Assembly: GCA_963764345.1 (NCBI GenBank)
Contig: CAVXSF010000018.1
Span: 36,670-100,669, forward strand
DNA from: an uncultured Bacteroidales bacterium
GTDB lineage: Bacteria > Bacteroidota > Bacteroidia > Bacteroidales > GCA-2748055
DNA length: 64,000 bases
Direction: 5' to 3'
Shown one piece after another: positions 46,476-55,818 of this stretch. The position numbers and the translations under genes are program-made. The first letter of the stretch is position 1; each line of letters opens with the position of its first letter. A model generated the notes under the pieces. The model ran no database searches, was not told the DNA's origin, and saw only the letters and a program-made list of their open reading frames with translations.

Positions 46476-46597
46476 TGAGATCGCTTCGCTAAGTTACTCC
46501 CTTTGGTCGTGAGATCGCTTCGCTAAGTTACTCCCTTTGGTCGTGAGATCGCTTCGCTAAGTTACTCCCTTTGGTCGTGAGATCGCTTCGCTAAGTT
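46476..46597. repeat. Head-to-tail tandem repeat, 34-bp unit x 3.6
   Basis: The unit TGAGATCGCTTCGCTAAGTTACTCCCTTTGGTCG starts at 46476, 46510, 46544 and 46578 (partial). The full copies are identical and there are no spacers. Confidence 0.95.
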
Positions 46598-46801
46598 TAT
46601 GTCCTTTTGTGCCAGCTCCATCTGAATTTATAATTGTGGTTTGGAAGTTTCACCTGAAATGAATATCCCATAGGACTGATAATGCATCGATTACCAACAT
46701 AATTAACCAGCCTGGGGAAAGGTGGCATTCCTGTGATGAAATGCAAACATGTTTCCCCAGGCCGGCAAAATCATTTTATCCTGATGCCAAATCAGAACAG
46801 G

Positions 46802-49800
46802 TTAAAGCTCAGGTACTCTTCCAGGAGTCCATTGAATTTTGGCATCATTCATTTCTTTTTCAATCGTTTCAATTTCTCCCATGACCGATTTCATCTTCCC
46901 GAGTACAGGTGGAAAGTCCGTTGTCAGAACACCGTAGTCCTTCTGCATGGTTGAGGTAACACCCTGTGTGGTGCCCCATAAATTTTCGATGATGGCATAC
47001 AAACGGTTATTGAGAGGCTCTGGCATTGGAGGAAGTTCTTCTTCACTTGCTTTCGCCTTCGGGCCATCCATGGTATAAAGGATATCTCTGAGTTCTTTTT
47101 CAATTTTCATCGTCCGGGCCAGCAAATCCATCGAACCGTTTGAAGACTGAAGGATGGTCTGTTCCATATTCATGATCTTGTCGAGATTGTCGCCGGCCAG
47201 TTCATGAGTACCTCTCATCACTCTGGCCATATTGGTCACTTTTTTGGCAAAGGTAACAATGGCCTCCCTGTTTTCGCGAGGCAGGGTGCTGTTGTTCAGG
47301 AGGTCGGCTTCAAATTGAACCGAATCCGCCAGGTGTCTTACCTCTCCTCTGACGACCATATCGAGGCTAACACTATATTTTCCGGGAATGGCAAGCATAG
47401 CAGAACCTGCCTTGGCCGTCGGATCGAAATTTTTATTTTTCATCCTGACAGGGAACGGACTGTCGTACCGCAGATCCCAGTATTCCCTGTTAATGCCTGC
47501 TGAAGGTTTTGAGGAGATTTTGCGGACAATATCCCCTGATTCATCCTTTACAGTAAAAACAAGATAAGGTGCTACTTCATCTTTTTCCTTCCGGAGCTCT
47601 TCCTCGGAAGGCTGGGGGATGGGCTTTTTCTCTTTGAACAGCTCCTTCTCCTTCTTATGTCTCATTTCGGTGAGCGTTTTTGGCACTTCTTTAAGATAAT
47701 AGGTAAATGTCGCTCCAAATGGTGGATTGGGTGCATGGAAAAGTTCAGCTCCCTGTCCATATTTCCCTTCGGTCTGAATGAACATTAAAGCTTTAGGTAT
47801 ATTGAAAAGACAGGCATCTTTGTCAAGAACAGCCTTGTCATCAGCAAGTTCGCGAAGCGGAGTGTAGTCATCGAGAATATATATGCCCCGGCCAAAAGAG
47901 CCAAGGATCAGTGCATTTTCCCGTTTCTGTATCTTGATATCCATGATGGCGATAACTGGAATGCCGGCCTTAAACTGAACCCATTGATTACCTCCGTCGA
48001 GTGAGAAAAAGGCTCCGAATTCCGTACCGGCGAAGAGCAGGGCCGGGTTTTTAAAATCCTGCTGCAGGGTATGAACCGATCCGTTTTCGGGAAGGTTTGC
48101 AGAAATGGACTTCCAGGTTTTCCCCTTATCACTGCTCATCAGGACGTAAGGCTTGAAATCGTCCTGCTTCAGGTTGCTGAAGGAAGCATACACGACGTTC
48201 TCATCGAATCTGGAAGGCATAATATCGCTCACGTAAGTGTTCGCAGGAACCCCCGGGAAAGACTTGATGTGGTTCCAGGTCTTTCCGCCGTCATCGGAAA
48301 CGGAAATGACACCGTCATCCGTACCAGCATACAGCAACCCTTCCTTTACAGGCGATTCGGCTAGGCTTACGGCCATTCCGTAAAGACTGGTCGACACATC
48401 TTTGGCCACGGCATCGATACTCCAGTAATGCCCCATGACAGGCCAGGAATTACGGTCTATATCGGCTGTGATATCATCGCTGATGACCTTCCAGGTTTCA
48501 CCCTGGTCGTCACTGCGGAAGATATAATTTGCCCCCATGTAAAGCGTTTTATTCGAAAAGTGGCTAATAATAAATGGCGTGTTCCAGTTCCATTTAAAAG
48601 TGTTCTGGCCTTTGTCGGGCTGAGGCTTGATATTGACAGTTTCCCCCGATTTTTTATCAAACCTGTATATATTTCCGTACTGGTACTCGGTATAAATAAT
48701 ATCCGGATCTTTGGGGTCGACCTGTACCCAGAAACCGTCACCTCCAAGGATGGCATGCCAGTCCTCATTCGTAACTCCGTCTGAAATGGTGTTTTGTGAC
48801 GGCCCGCCAATGGAGTTGTTATCCTGCGTGCCCCCGTAAACATTATAAAACGGAGTGGTATTATCGGCATCCACCCTGTAAAACTGGGTTACCGGCAAAT
48901 TGCTCTTGAAGATCCATTTTTTCCCACCGTCAAAAGATTCATAGGCACCACCATCACCACCGATTAAAAGATGGCCCGTATCAGAGGGATCAATCCACAG
49001 GGCATGATCATCCACATGCCGGTTGTCATTTCCCAGGGGAGACCATGTTTTGCCACCGTCTTTCGTAACCTGGGTCACGGTTTCGGTTGAATAAACCTTA
49101 TTTACATCAAGTGGATCACAGTAGATCTCATTAAAGTACTGCCCGCTCGAGGAATAGTCGCTCATCCGTTGCCACGTTTCTCCCCTGTCGGTGGAACGGA
49201 AAAATCCGCCTTTATCCTCGGCAGCTTCAACAATAAGGTAAACTACATTATGATCGGCAGGTGAAACGGCAATTCCCATTCCTCCGAGGTCCACTTCAGG
49301 AAGTCCCTTCATGATCTTTCTCCATGTTTCGCCGTTATCCGTCGACTTGTAGACGGCCGATTCAGGACCGCCACCGATCTTGGTGTAAACATGCCTGCGC
49401 CTTTGCTCTGAGGTTGCATAAAGAACATCCGGATCCACAGGATCCATGACAACGTTTCTGATTCCGGTATTCTCACTGATGTCCAGGACTTTCTTCCAGG
49501 TTTTGCCTCCGTCCGTCGTCTTATAAAGCCCCCTGTCTCCCCCGGGACCCCAGACCGACCCTTGTGCTGCCACAAACACAACATCATGATGCCGGGGGTC
49601 AATAACAATACCACCGATCTGCCGGCTGTTTTTCAACCCCATATTTTCCCAGTGCTCTCCTCCATCCAGTGTTTTATAAACGCCGTCACCGTATCCGAGA
49701 GCCCGCTGGGAATTGTTTTCCCCGGTGCCAACCCAGACGACATTGTGGTTGGTCGGGTCCATCGTCACCACCCCGGTTGAATAGGATCCGTATTTGTCAA

Positions 49801-50089
49801 AAACGGGACTGAATGTGGTACCGTTATTTTCTGTTTTCCACACATTACCGGAGGCAACAGCAACATAGTATTCAGAATGCCTTTTGGGATTAACGGCGAA
49901 ATCTGCAATCCGCCCTGAAGTGAAGGCAGGCCCTATACTCCTTAATTTTAGTCCGGAGAAAGTGCTGCTTTTGAGACTGTCTTTTACCGGTTCTTTGGGT
50001 TTATCTCCGGCCGCAGCCACCTGGAGTACACTGAGAAGAAACAGCGCACTTAAAATAATAACTTGGGAACTCGCTTTTCTTAATGTCAT
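46802..50089 (-). CDS. Sortilin/VPS10-type BNR (Asp-box) repeat protein, secreted
   Basis: At least 9 Asp-box motifs S/T-x-D-x-G-x-T/K-W (TTDGGKTW, STDNGETW, STDRGETW, TKDGGKTW, SDDQGETW, SDDGGKTW, SSDKGKTW). The start is taken at MTLRK (50089). Confidence 0.8.
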   Translation of the reverse strand: MTLRKASSQVIILSALFLLSVLQVAAAGDKPKEPVKDSLKSSTFSGLKLRSIGPAFTSGRIADFAVNPKRHSEYYVAVASGNVWKTENNGTTFSPVFDKYGSYSTGVVTMDPTNHNVVWVGTGENNSQRALGYGDGVYKTLDGGEHWENMGLKNSRQIGGIVIDPRHHDVVFVAAQGSVWGPGGDRGLYKTTDGGKTWKKVLDISENTGIRNVVMDPVDPDVLYATSEQRRRHVYTKIGGGPESAVYKSTDNGETWRKIMKGLPEVDLGGMGIAVSPADHNVVYLIVEAAEDKGGFFRSTDRGETWQRMSDYSSSGQYFNEIYCDPLDVNKVYSTETVTQVTKDGGKTWSPLGNDNRHVDDHALWIDPSDTGHLLIGGDGGAYESFDGGKKWIFKSNLPVTQFYRVDADNTTPFYNVYGGTQDNNSIGGPSQNTISDGVTNEDWHAILGGDGFWVQVDPKDPDIIYTEYQYGNIYRFDKKSGETVNIKPQPDKGQNTFKWNWNTPFIISHFSNKTLYMGANYIFRSDDQGETWKVISDDITADIDRNSWPVMGHYWSIDAVAKDVSTSLYGMAVSLAESPVKEGLLYAGTDDGVISVSDDGGKTWNHIKSFPGVPANTYVSDIMPSRFDENVVYASFSNLKQDDFKPYVLMSSDKGKTWKSISANLPENGSVHTLQQDFKNPALLFAGTEFGAFFSLDGGNQWVQFKAGIPVIAIMDIKIQKRENALILGSFGRGIYILDDYTPLRELADDKAVLDKDACLFNIPKALMFIQTEGKYGQGAELFHAPNPPFGATFTYYLKEVPKTLTEMRHKKEKELFKEKKPIPQPSEEELRKEKDEVAPYLVFTVKDESGDIVRKISSKPSAGINREYWDLRYDSPFPVRMKNKNFDPTAKAGSAMLAIPGKYSVSLDMVVRGEVRHLADSVQFEADLLNNSTLPRENREAIVTFAKKVTNMARVMRGTHELAGDNLDKIMNMEQTILQSSNGSMDLLARTMKIEKELRDILYTMDGPKAKASEEELPPMPEPLNNRLYAIIENLWGTTQGVTSTMQKDYGVLTTDFPPVLGKMKSVMGEIETIEKEMNDAKIQWTPGRVPEL

Positions 50090-50369
50090 GATGTTTATCA
50101 GTTTTGGTTGTTTTTCTGAAGCCCTTAAATTACGCAACTTTTAGAAATGTCACAGTGAAAATTTATGTGTTTTTCAGGATAAAAAGTATTTCAAAAGCCA
50201 CCAGGAGCAGTCATGTTTAACTCTACTTAAACACCATTGATCCTTATACCGTTCATTTTTATGGTTCATCTGGCCGATCCTGATAGGTCTTAATGAGATC
50301 TTTGAACCGGTTTATGCAGGAATCCAATCGCATTTTTGTATTATTGCAGCGCATAATTTATACAGGACC

Positions 50370-51119
50370 ATGATGGATACAATTTTTACACATCGTTCAA
50401 TCAGAAAATATAAATCTGATCCGATACCGGAAAATATCCTTTACCAGATTCTGGAGGCAGGTTCACGAGCCTCCACCACTGGTAACATGCAGGTTTATTC
50501 CATGATTGTCACAACAGATGCCGGGCTCAGAGAAAAGTTATGGGATGCCCATTTCAGGCAGGATATGGTTAAGGAAGCCCCGGTACATATTACATTTTGT
50601 GCCGATTTTAACCGTTTTAATAAGTGGTGCATCCGGCGTGGTGCGTCTCCTGGATACGATAACTTCCTTTCATTCTTCACCGGTGCCATAGATGCCCTCC
50701 TGGCATCACAAAACGTTGCCCTGGAAGCCGAAGCCCATGGCCTGGGGATTTGCTACCTGGGAACTGCGACTTACAATGCAGATAAAATCGTCGAAATTCT
50801 GGAACTACCTCCCTCTGTAGTGCCTGTTGCAGCTGTCGTTCTGGGTTATCCCCTTCAGGATCCGGGGCTCACGCCCAGGCTGCCCATGAACGCCGTGGTG
50901 CATCATGAGAAATATGCGGATTTTAAGGAATCGGAAATTGACGGGATTTACAGCGAAAGAGAGGATTCTGAGGAAACCAGAGAACTGCTGAAAATAAACC
51001 GGAAAGAAACCCTGGCCCACATATTCACCGAGAACCGGTATTCCAGGAAAGACAACGTATTTTTCTCGCGTAAATTTCTGGAGACGATAGAAAAACAGGG
51101 TTTTATGAATAATGAATGA
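50370..51119 (+). CDS. Nitroreductase family (NfsA-like NADPH-dependent) oxidoreductase
   Basis: HRSIRKYKSDPIPE...AGSRASTTGNMQ. Confidence 0.8.
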   Translation: MMDTIFTHRSIRKYKSDPIPENILYQILEAGSRASTTGNMQVYSMIVTTDAGLREKLWDAHFRQDMVKEAPVHITFCADFNRFNKWCIRRGASPGYDNFLSFFTGAIDALLASQNVALEAEAHGLGICYLGTATYNADKIVEILELPPSVVPVAAVVLGYPLQDPGLTPRLPMNAVVHHEKYADFKESEIDGIYSEREDSEETRELLKINRKETLAHIFTENRYSRKDNVFFSRKFLETIEKQGFMNNE

Positions 51120-51241
51120 ATTCGTTGGAAGCTGTTTTAAACAGTTATCCTTAGAAATGTTTCGTAACCTGAGTTCTTAAGACCAGGACTTTTAAGACGG
51201 TCTCATTCACGCCCCGTCGATCCGTCTGCCCCAACACACGG

Positions 51242-52318
51242 TCACATAATCTCAAATTCTATCTTGAGGAAGTCGGCGATTTCTTTCATTTCTTTTGCCA
51301 CCGGCAAAATAACGTTGATGCCTTCTTTCCTGATTTTTTCTTCTTTTCTTCTCTCCAGTTCACCCGGAATCAGCACTTCTTGCTGGCCCGGTGCCGTTTT
51401 GGCACTCTTAAAGGTCTCGATCCATTCATCCATTTTGGCCTTGAATTCATCCGCAGGCCGGAACGCATCGATCCTCATCGCACCGAAAAAATGGCCGGTG
51501 CCTTCACCCGTTTTCTTGTCAAGGACAGGAAGATAAGCCACGGACGGCGGAACAAACGGACCGAAATTGGCCCCCGACAGCACGGCGGAGAAAATATCGA
51601 CCACAGCACTCATACAATATCCTTTATGACTTCCATGCAGATAATCACCGCCAAGGGTGAGCATAGAACCGCCTTGATGAAGGATATCAGGATCGTCGGA
51701 AGGATTACCGTCTTTATCCTGGACATAACCATACGGAACTTTCTCTCCTTTTTTACCGGCCACGGCAAGTTTTCCCCTGGCAATGGGCGTAGTTGCGAAA
51801 TCAGCAACAAACGGAGGATATTTTCCCGCAGGAACCGTGACAGCGATAGGGTTGGTTCCCAGTAGCCTCGACAGGGAGAAAGTGGGGGCAACGAGAGGAT
51901 TGGCGTTGGTCATGGTCATGCCGATCATATCATGTTTCAGCGCCATCATGGCATAGTACCCGGCAATACCGAAATGATTTGAATTTTTTGTCGAAACCCA
52001 GCCTGAACCGGCTTTCTCCGATTTGTCAATGGCAATCTCCATGGACTTCACCGCAGCAATCATCCCAATGGCACCGTCACCGTCTACCACTGCTGTGCTG
52101 GGTGATTCATGCACGATCCTGATATTCGGCTTTACATTGATCCTTCCGGCTTGCCAGAGCTGGAAATAATCCTTGATCCTGATCATACCGTGGGAAGAAA
52201 GACCCCGCAATTCGGCGGCAAGAAATACATCTGCCGCTGCATCGGCATCTTCGCTGCTGCACCCCATTTTCTTAAAAACCTGTCTGGTGAAATGTTCAAG
52301 ATATTCGAATGTATACAT
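51242..52318 (-). CDS. Ldh_2 family (malate/L-lactate/ureidoglycolate-type) oxidoreductase
   Basis: SHGMIRI, NSNHFGIAGYYA, TNPIAV. The start is taken at MYTFEYL (52318). Confidence 0.75.
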   Translation of the reverse strand: MYTFEYLEHFTRQVFKKMGCSSEDADAAADVFLAAELRGLSSHGMIRIKDYFQLWQAGRINVKPNIRIVHESPSTAVVDGDGAIGMIAAVKSMEIAIDKSEKAGSGWVSTKNSNHFGIAGYYAMMALKHDMIGMTMTNANPLVAPTFSLSRLLGTNPIAVTVPAGKYPPFVADFATTPIARGKLAVAGKKGEKVPYGYVQDKDGNPSDDPDILHQGGSMLTLGGDYLHGSHKGYCMSAVVDIFSAVLSGANFGPFVPPSVAYLPVLDKKTGEGTGHFFGAMRIDAFRPADEFKAKMDEWIETFKSAKTAPGQQEVLIPGELERRKEEKIRKEGINVILPVAKEMKEIADFLKIEFEIM

Positions 52319-52535
52319 ATCCGGAGATTTAAGTTTTGACAAAAATAATGTTTTTAATTTCCGAAACAATTGCAGTCCGGAAATACAATCAGCCTTGTTC
52401 ACAGTAACGTCTCTGTTTCACGGAGAAGGCAGCAGCCAGACTGCTTATAAAATGTATCTGACCACAGAAACAAAGGACACCGGGATGCCCGGTATTATAC
52501 CTGCCCCGACTATTTAGGGAATCCTGTTCGCAGCC

Positions 52536-53301
52536 TTACCCGTTCTCCCGTTTTACCATCGTCGCAGTGGCCTGGGCAGTGGGCATGATGAGCAGATCGT
52601 TAATATTGACATGCGGTGGACGTGTTAGAACAAAAAGGATGGTCTCGGCGATATCTTCCGCATACAGCGGAGTAAAACCGTGGTAAACATTGCCGGCGCG
52701 TTTCGTGTCGCCTTTGAACCTTACGGTGGAGAATTCAGTATCAACCATCCCGGGTGCGATGTTGGTCACCCTGATGTTATGTTTGAGAAGATCGATCCTC
52801 ATGGATCTTGATAAAGCATCAACGGCATGTTTCGTGGCACAGTATACATTGCCGTTTTCATAGACTTCTTTCCCGGCTACCGATCCGATATTGATGATAT
52901 GCCCCGACTTCCTTGATGCCATGAGCGGACTCACTTCCCGGGTAATATAAAGCAGTCCCTTGATATTCGTATCGATCATTCTCTCCCAGTCATCCACATC
53001 CCCATCATCAATATGATTCATCCCGACAGCAAGCCCGGCATTGTTGACCAGGACATCCATATTCCTCCATTTATCCTGCAAAGAGTCAATGGCCCTTTTT
53101 ACAGCTGAAAGATCCCTGACATCAAAATGAAGGATAAGGACATCAGCATCCGTAACTTCCTGATCTCTTTTTTCAGCTCGTCTAAACGGTCTTCCCTTCG
53201 GCCTGTAAGGATGACATCATACTTATTTTTCGCCAGGAGCAGAGGCCGTAGCTCTGCCCTATGCCTGCCGTGGCCCCGGTAATAATCGCAATTTTATTCA
53301 T
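52536..53301 (-). pseudogene. SDR family NAD(P)-dependent oxidoreductase (YdfG-like), reading frame broken about twice
   Basis: MNKIAIITGATAGIG (start 53301). Then LLLAKNKYDVILTGRREDRLDELKK runs in a second frame. EVTDADVLILHFDVRD...NNAGLAVG...YCATKHAV runs in a third frame (52536..53081). One break coincides with the T6 run 53168..53173. Confidence 0.8.
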
Positions 53302-53408
53302 AAGGAATTTTTCACGTAAAGGTAATATCTTCACCTCAAAATCATCTCCTGTTTCTTTAACAGAATGATAATTTGTGTATTTTCGCCTATCCAAAAAAAG
53401 CAGTTGTT

Positions 53409-54150
53409 TTGATAAAACCTTATGAAAATCAACCGGGAAGCCGCAAAGAACAGGTGACGCAAATGTTTAACCAGATTGCAGGACGATATGATTTTCTGAA
53501 TCATCTTCTGTCATTCAATATAGACAGGTACTGGCGGCAGGTTCTTGTGAAATGTGTAAGGAAAGATTTTGCAGGTGATGATATAAAACCAGGGGAAGCA
53601 TCCATCCTTGATGTTGCCACGGGGACCGGTGATCTTGCTTTTGCCCTTAAAAAAATTGGAAATGTATCAGTCACCGGTGTCGATCTGGCTGAGAATATGC
53701 TTTCGGTGGCACGTGAAAAAGTCTTTGAGAAAAGGAGAAGAGATGGAATTTGTTCAGGGTGACTCGGAAAACCTGCCTTTCGATGCTCTTCTTTTTAATG
53801 CGGTTACCGTTGCGTTCGGAGTAAGAAATTTTGAACACCTGGGCCAGGGACTGAAGGAAATGTATCGTGTTCTGAAGCAGGGAGGGCGGGTTTATATCCT
53901 TGAATTCTCAAAACCTTCCCGAGGTATGTTTTCTTATGCATACCGGGTATACGCAAATTTTGTCCTTCCACGGATTGCATCCCTGTTTACAGGAGATAAA
54001 GCTGCTTATCATTATCTCCCCGGCTCTATAGCAGAGTTTCCGGCTGGTGAGCAAATGAAAAGGATCATGGAAGACTCCGGATTTGCTTCCTGCGGTTATC
54101 GCAGGCTGTCAGGAGGAATTGCCAGCATTTATACCGGGATACGATTATAA
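53409..54150 (+). pseudogene. ubiE: Demethylmenaquinone/ubiquinone methyltransferase UbiE/MenG, frameshift at an A4 run
   Basis: VTQMFNQIAGRYDFLNHLLS, LDVATGTGDLA, then EMEFVQGDSENLPF in the +1 frame. The break is at 53730..53733. The TTG start at 53409 is tentative. Confidence 0.8.
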
Positions 54151-54226
54151 GGATATGATTTTTAAAATATTCCAACTTATACTAATTTGGGCAAGCCGTT
54201 CGTTTTATCAAATAAAAATCCATGTC

Positions 54227-54913
54227 TTGAAGAAACTATTCGTCCTCATCGCCTTGTTCATCCCTTTTTTGGCTTCGGCTCAGGTTAAAAGGCCGAGAAA
54301 CCTTTCCGGTTACGATTTTAAACAACTTCATTTTGGGTTCACCGTGGGGCTGAATACCATGGACCTCGGTATTAAAAGATCGCTGAATAATGATCTTCGG
54401 GCCGATGAAGTCAGGATTCAGCCCGGATTTCAGGTAAGTATCGTTTCGGATCTACGGCTCACGGACAAGCTTAACCTGAGATTTCTCCCCGGAATATCAT
54501 TTGGTCAGCGTACCCTTTCCTTTTACAAGGCCGACTCCTTAGTGTCGAATATGAATATTTCTTCAGACTATCTTGTTTTCCCCCTTCTGCTAAAATACCG
54601 GGCGGATAGGCTCAATAATATCCGGCCTTATCTGATTGGCGGCCTTAATTTTTCTTACGATATGGAAGCCAAAAAAGGCTATGATGAAAATTCAAATGTG
54701 TATGTCCGGTTAAAACCGTCAGATCTGTACATTGAATTTGGCTTTGGCATGGATTATTACCTGACCTATTTCAAATTCTCCACTGAACTGAAGCTGGGAA
54801 TCGGTATGTTAAACGTACTTGCCCCGCGGCCTGAACAGGGCCATCCCCAATATGTCCAGGCCATCGACAGGCTGAATTCCTATATTGTTATGCTTTGTTT
54901 TCATTTTGAATAA
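54227..54913 (+). CDS. PorT-family outer-membrane beta-barrel protein
   Basis: Signal peptide KKLFVLIALFIPFLASAQ, HFGFTVGLN strands and terminal Phe. The only in-frame start is TTG at 54227, so the start is uncertain. Confidence 0.6.
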   Translation: MKKLFVLIALFIPFLASAQVKRPRNLSGYDFKQLHFGFTVGLNTMDLGIKRSLNNDLRADEVRIQPGFQVSIVSDLRLTDKLNLRFLPGISFGQRTLSFYKADSLVSNMNISSDYLVFPLLLKYRADRLNNIRPYLIGGLNFSYDMEAKKGYDENSNVYVRLKPSDLYIEFGFGMDYYLTYFKFSTELKLGIGMLNVLAPRPEQGHPQYVQAIDRLNSYIVMLCFHFE

Positions 54914-55682
54914 TACGCCTCCGGTGCCATTCCCCACAAACGATTGCCGCAGCAATTCCGACATTCAGTGATTCTGCCCAGGGCCTGCCATAACATGGAA
55001 TGGTAACCAGCTGATCACATCTGGAAGTCAAAGTAAAGGGCAGCCCCTGTGATTCATTGCCGAACAGGATCAGACCCCGGCTGGCAAGTCCGGCTTCATA
55101 AATGTTCTGACCACCGAGCACGGTTCCGGTAACTTTATAATCGGGTTGTACCGATTTTAACCTGTCAATCAGTTCAATCGGATCAACATAGTGTATTCTG
55201 ACACTGGACAGGGAACCCATGCTGGCCTGCACTACCTTTGGATTGTAAGTATCAACACTGTCATTGCTGCAAAAAATGTCCGTTATCCCGAACCAGTCAG
55301 CCGTGCGGATAATTGTGCCCAGATTTCCGGGATCACGGATCTCGTTCAGAAACAGGCAGGGTCTGTTCACTATCTCTTCAACAAGGTAAGTGTAGCGGGG
55401 AATTTTTAATTCGAGGATGGCCGTTCCTCCTGTTCTTAGAGATGAAATTTGTCTTAGTTCTTTATCCTCTGCAGGAATCATGGTAATCTCCCGGCTCAGC
55501 GGACCAAGTGCCTGAATGAATGAGGGCTCGGCTATCAGCGTCACCGCCTCAAGGAAAGAATCCCCGTTCTTCAGTATCTCACGCACGATTTTTTCCCCCT
55601 CGGCAAGAAATCTCCCGTGAAGCAATCTGAATTTTTTCTGACTCAGAGAGGAAAAATATTTCAGCTGGTTTTTAGATAACAT
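54888..55682 (-). CDS. TrmH/SpoU family RNA 2'-O-methyltransferase
   Basis: RDPGNLGTIIRTADWFG, LILFGNESQGL, SLNVGIAAAI. Confidence 0.85.
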   Translation of the reverse strand: MLSKNQLKYFSSLSQKKFRLLHGRFLAEGEKIVREILKNGDSFLEAVTLIAEPSFIQALGPLSREITMIPAEDKELRQISSLRTGGTAILELKIPRYTYLVEEIVNRPCLFLNEIRDPGNLGTIIRTADWFGITDIFCSNDSVDTYNPKVVQASMGSLSSVRIHYVDPIELIDRLKSVQPDYKVTGTVLGGQNIYEAGLASRGLILFGNESQGLPFTLTSRCDQLVTIPCYGRPWAESLNVGIAAAIVCGEWHRRRIIQNENKA

Positions 55683-55818
55683 GGTAAATTATTAGATGTT
55701 GGCAAAAATATATAATCATATTCTGGTGTTAAGTATATTTGCAAGATAATCTAAAATTACATTCTTGAGTATCCGTGTTACCAATACTGTGCTTTCAGGA
55801 AGAAGACCCTTATGTTAT

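Noticed and set aside
46476-46597. CRISPR array interpretation of the 34-bp repeats
   Set aside because: The units are directly adjacent with no spacers. There are no cas genes in the window and no leader-like asymmetry. It is a plain tandem repeat.
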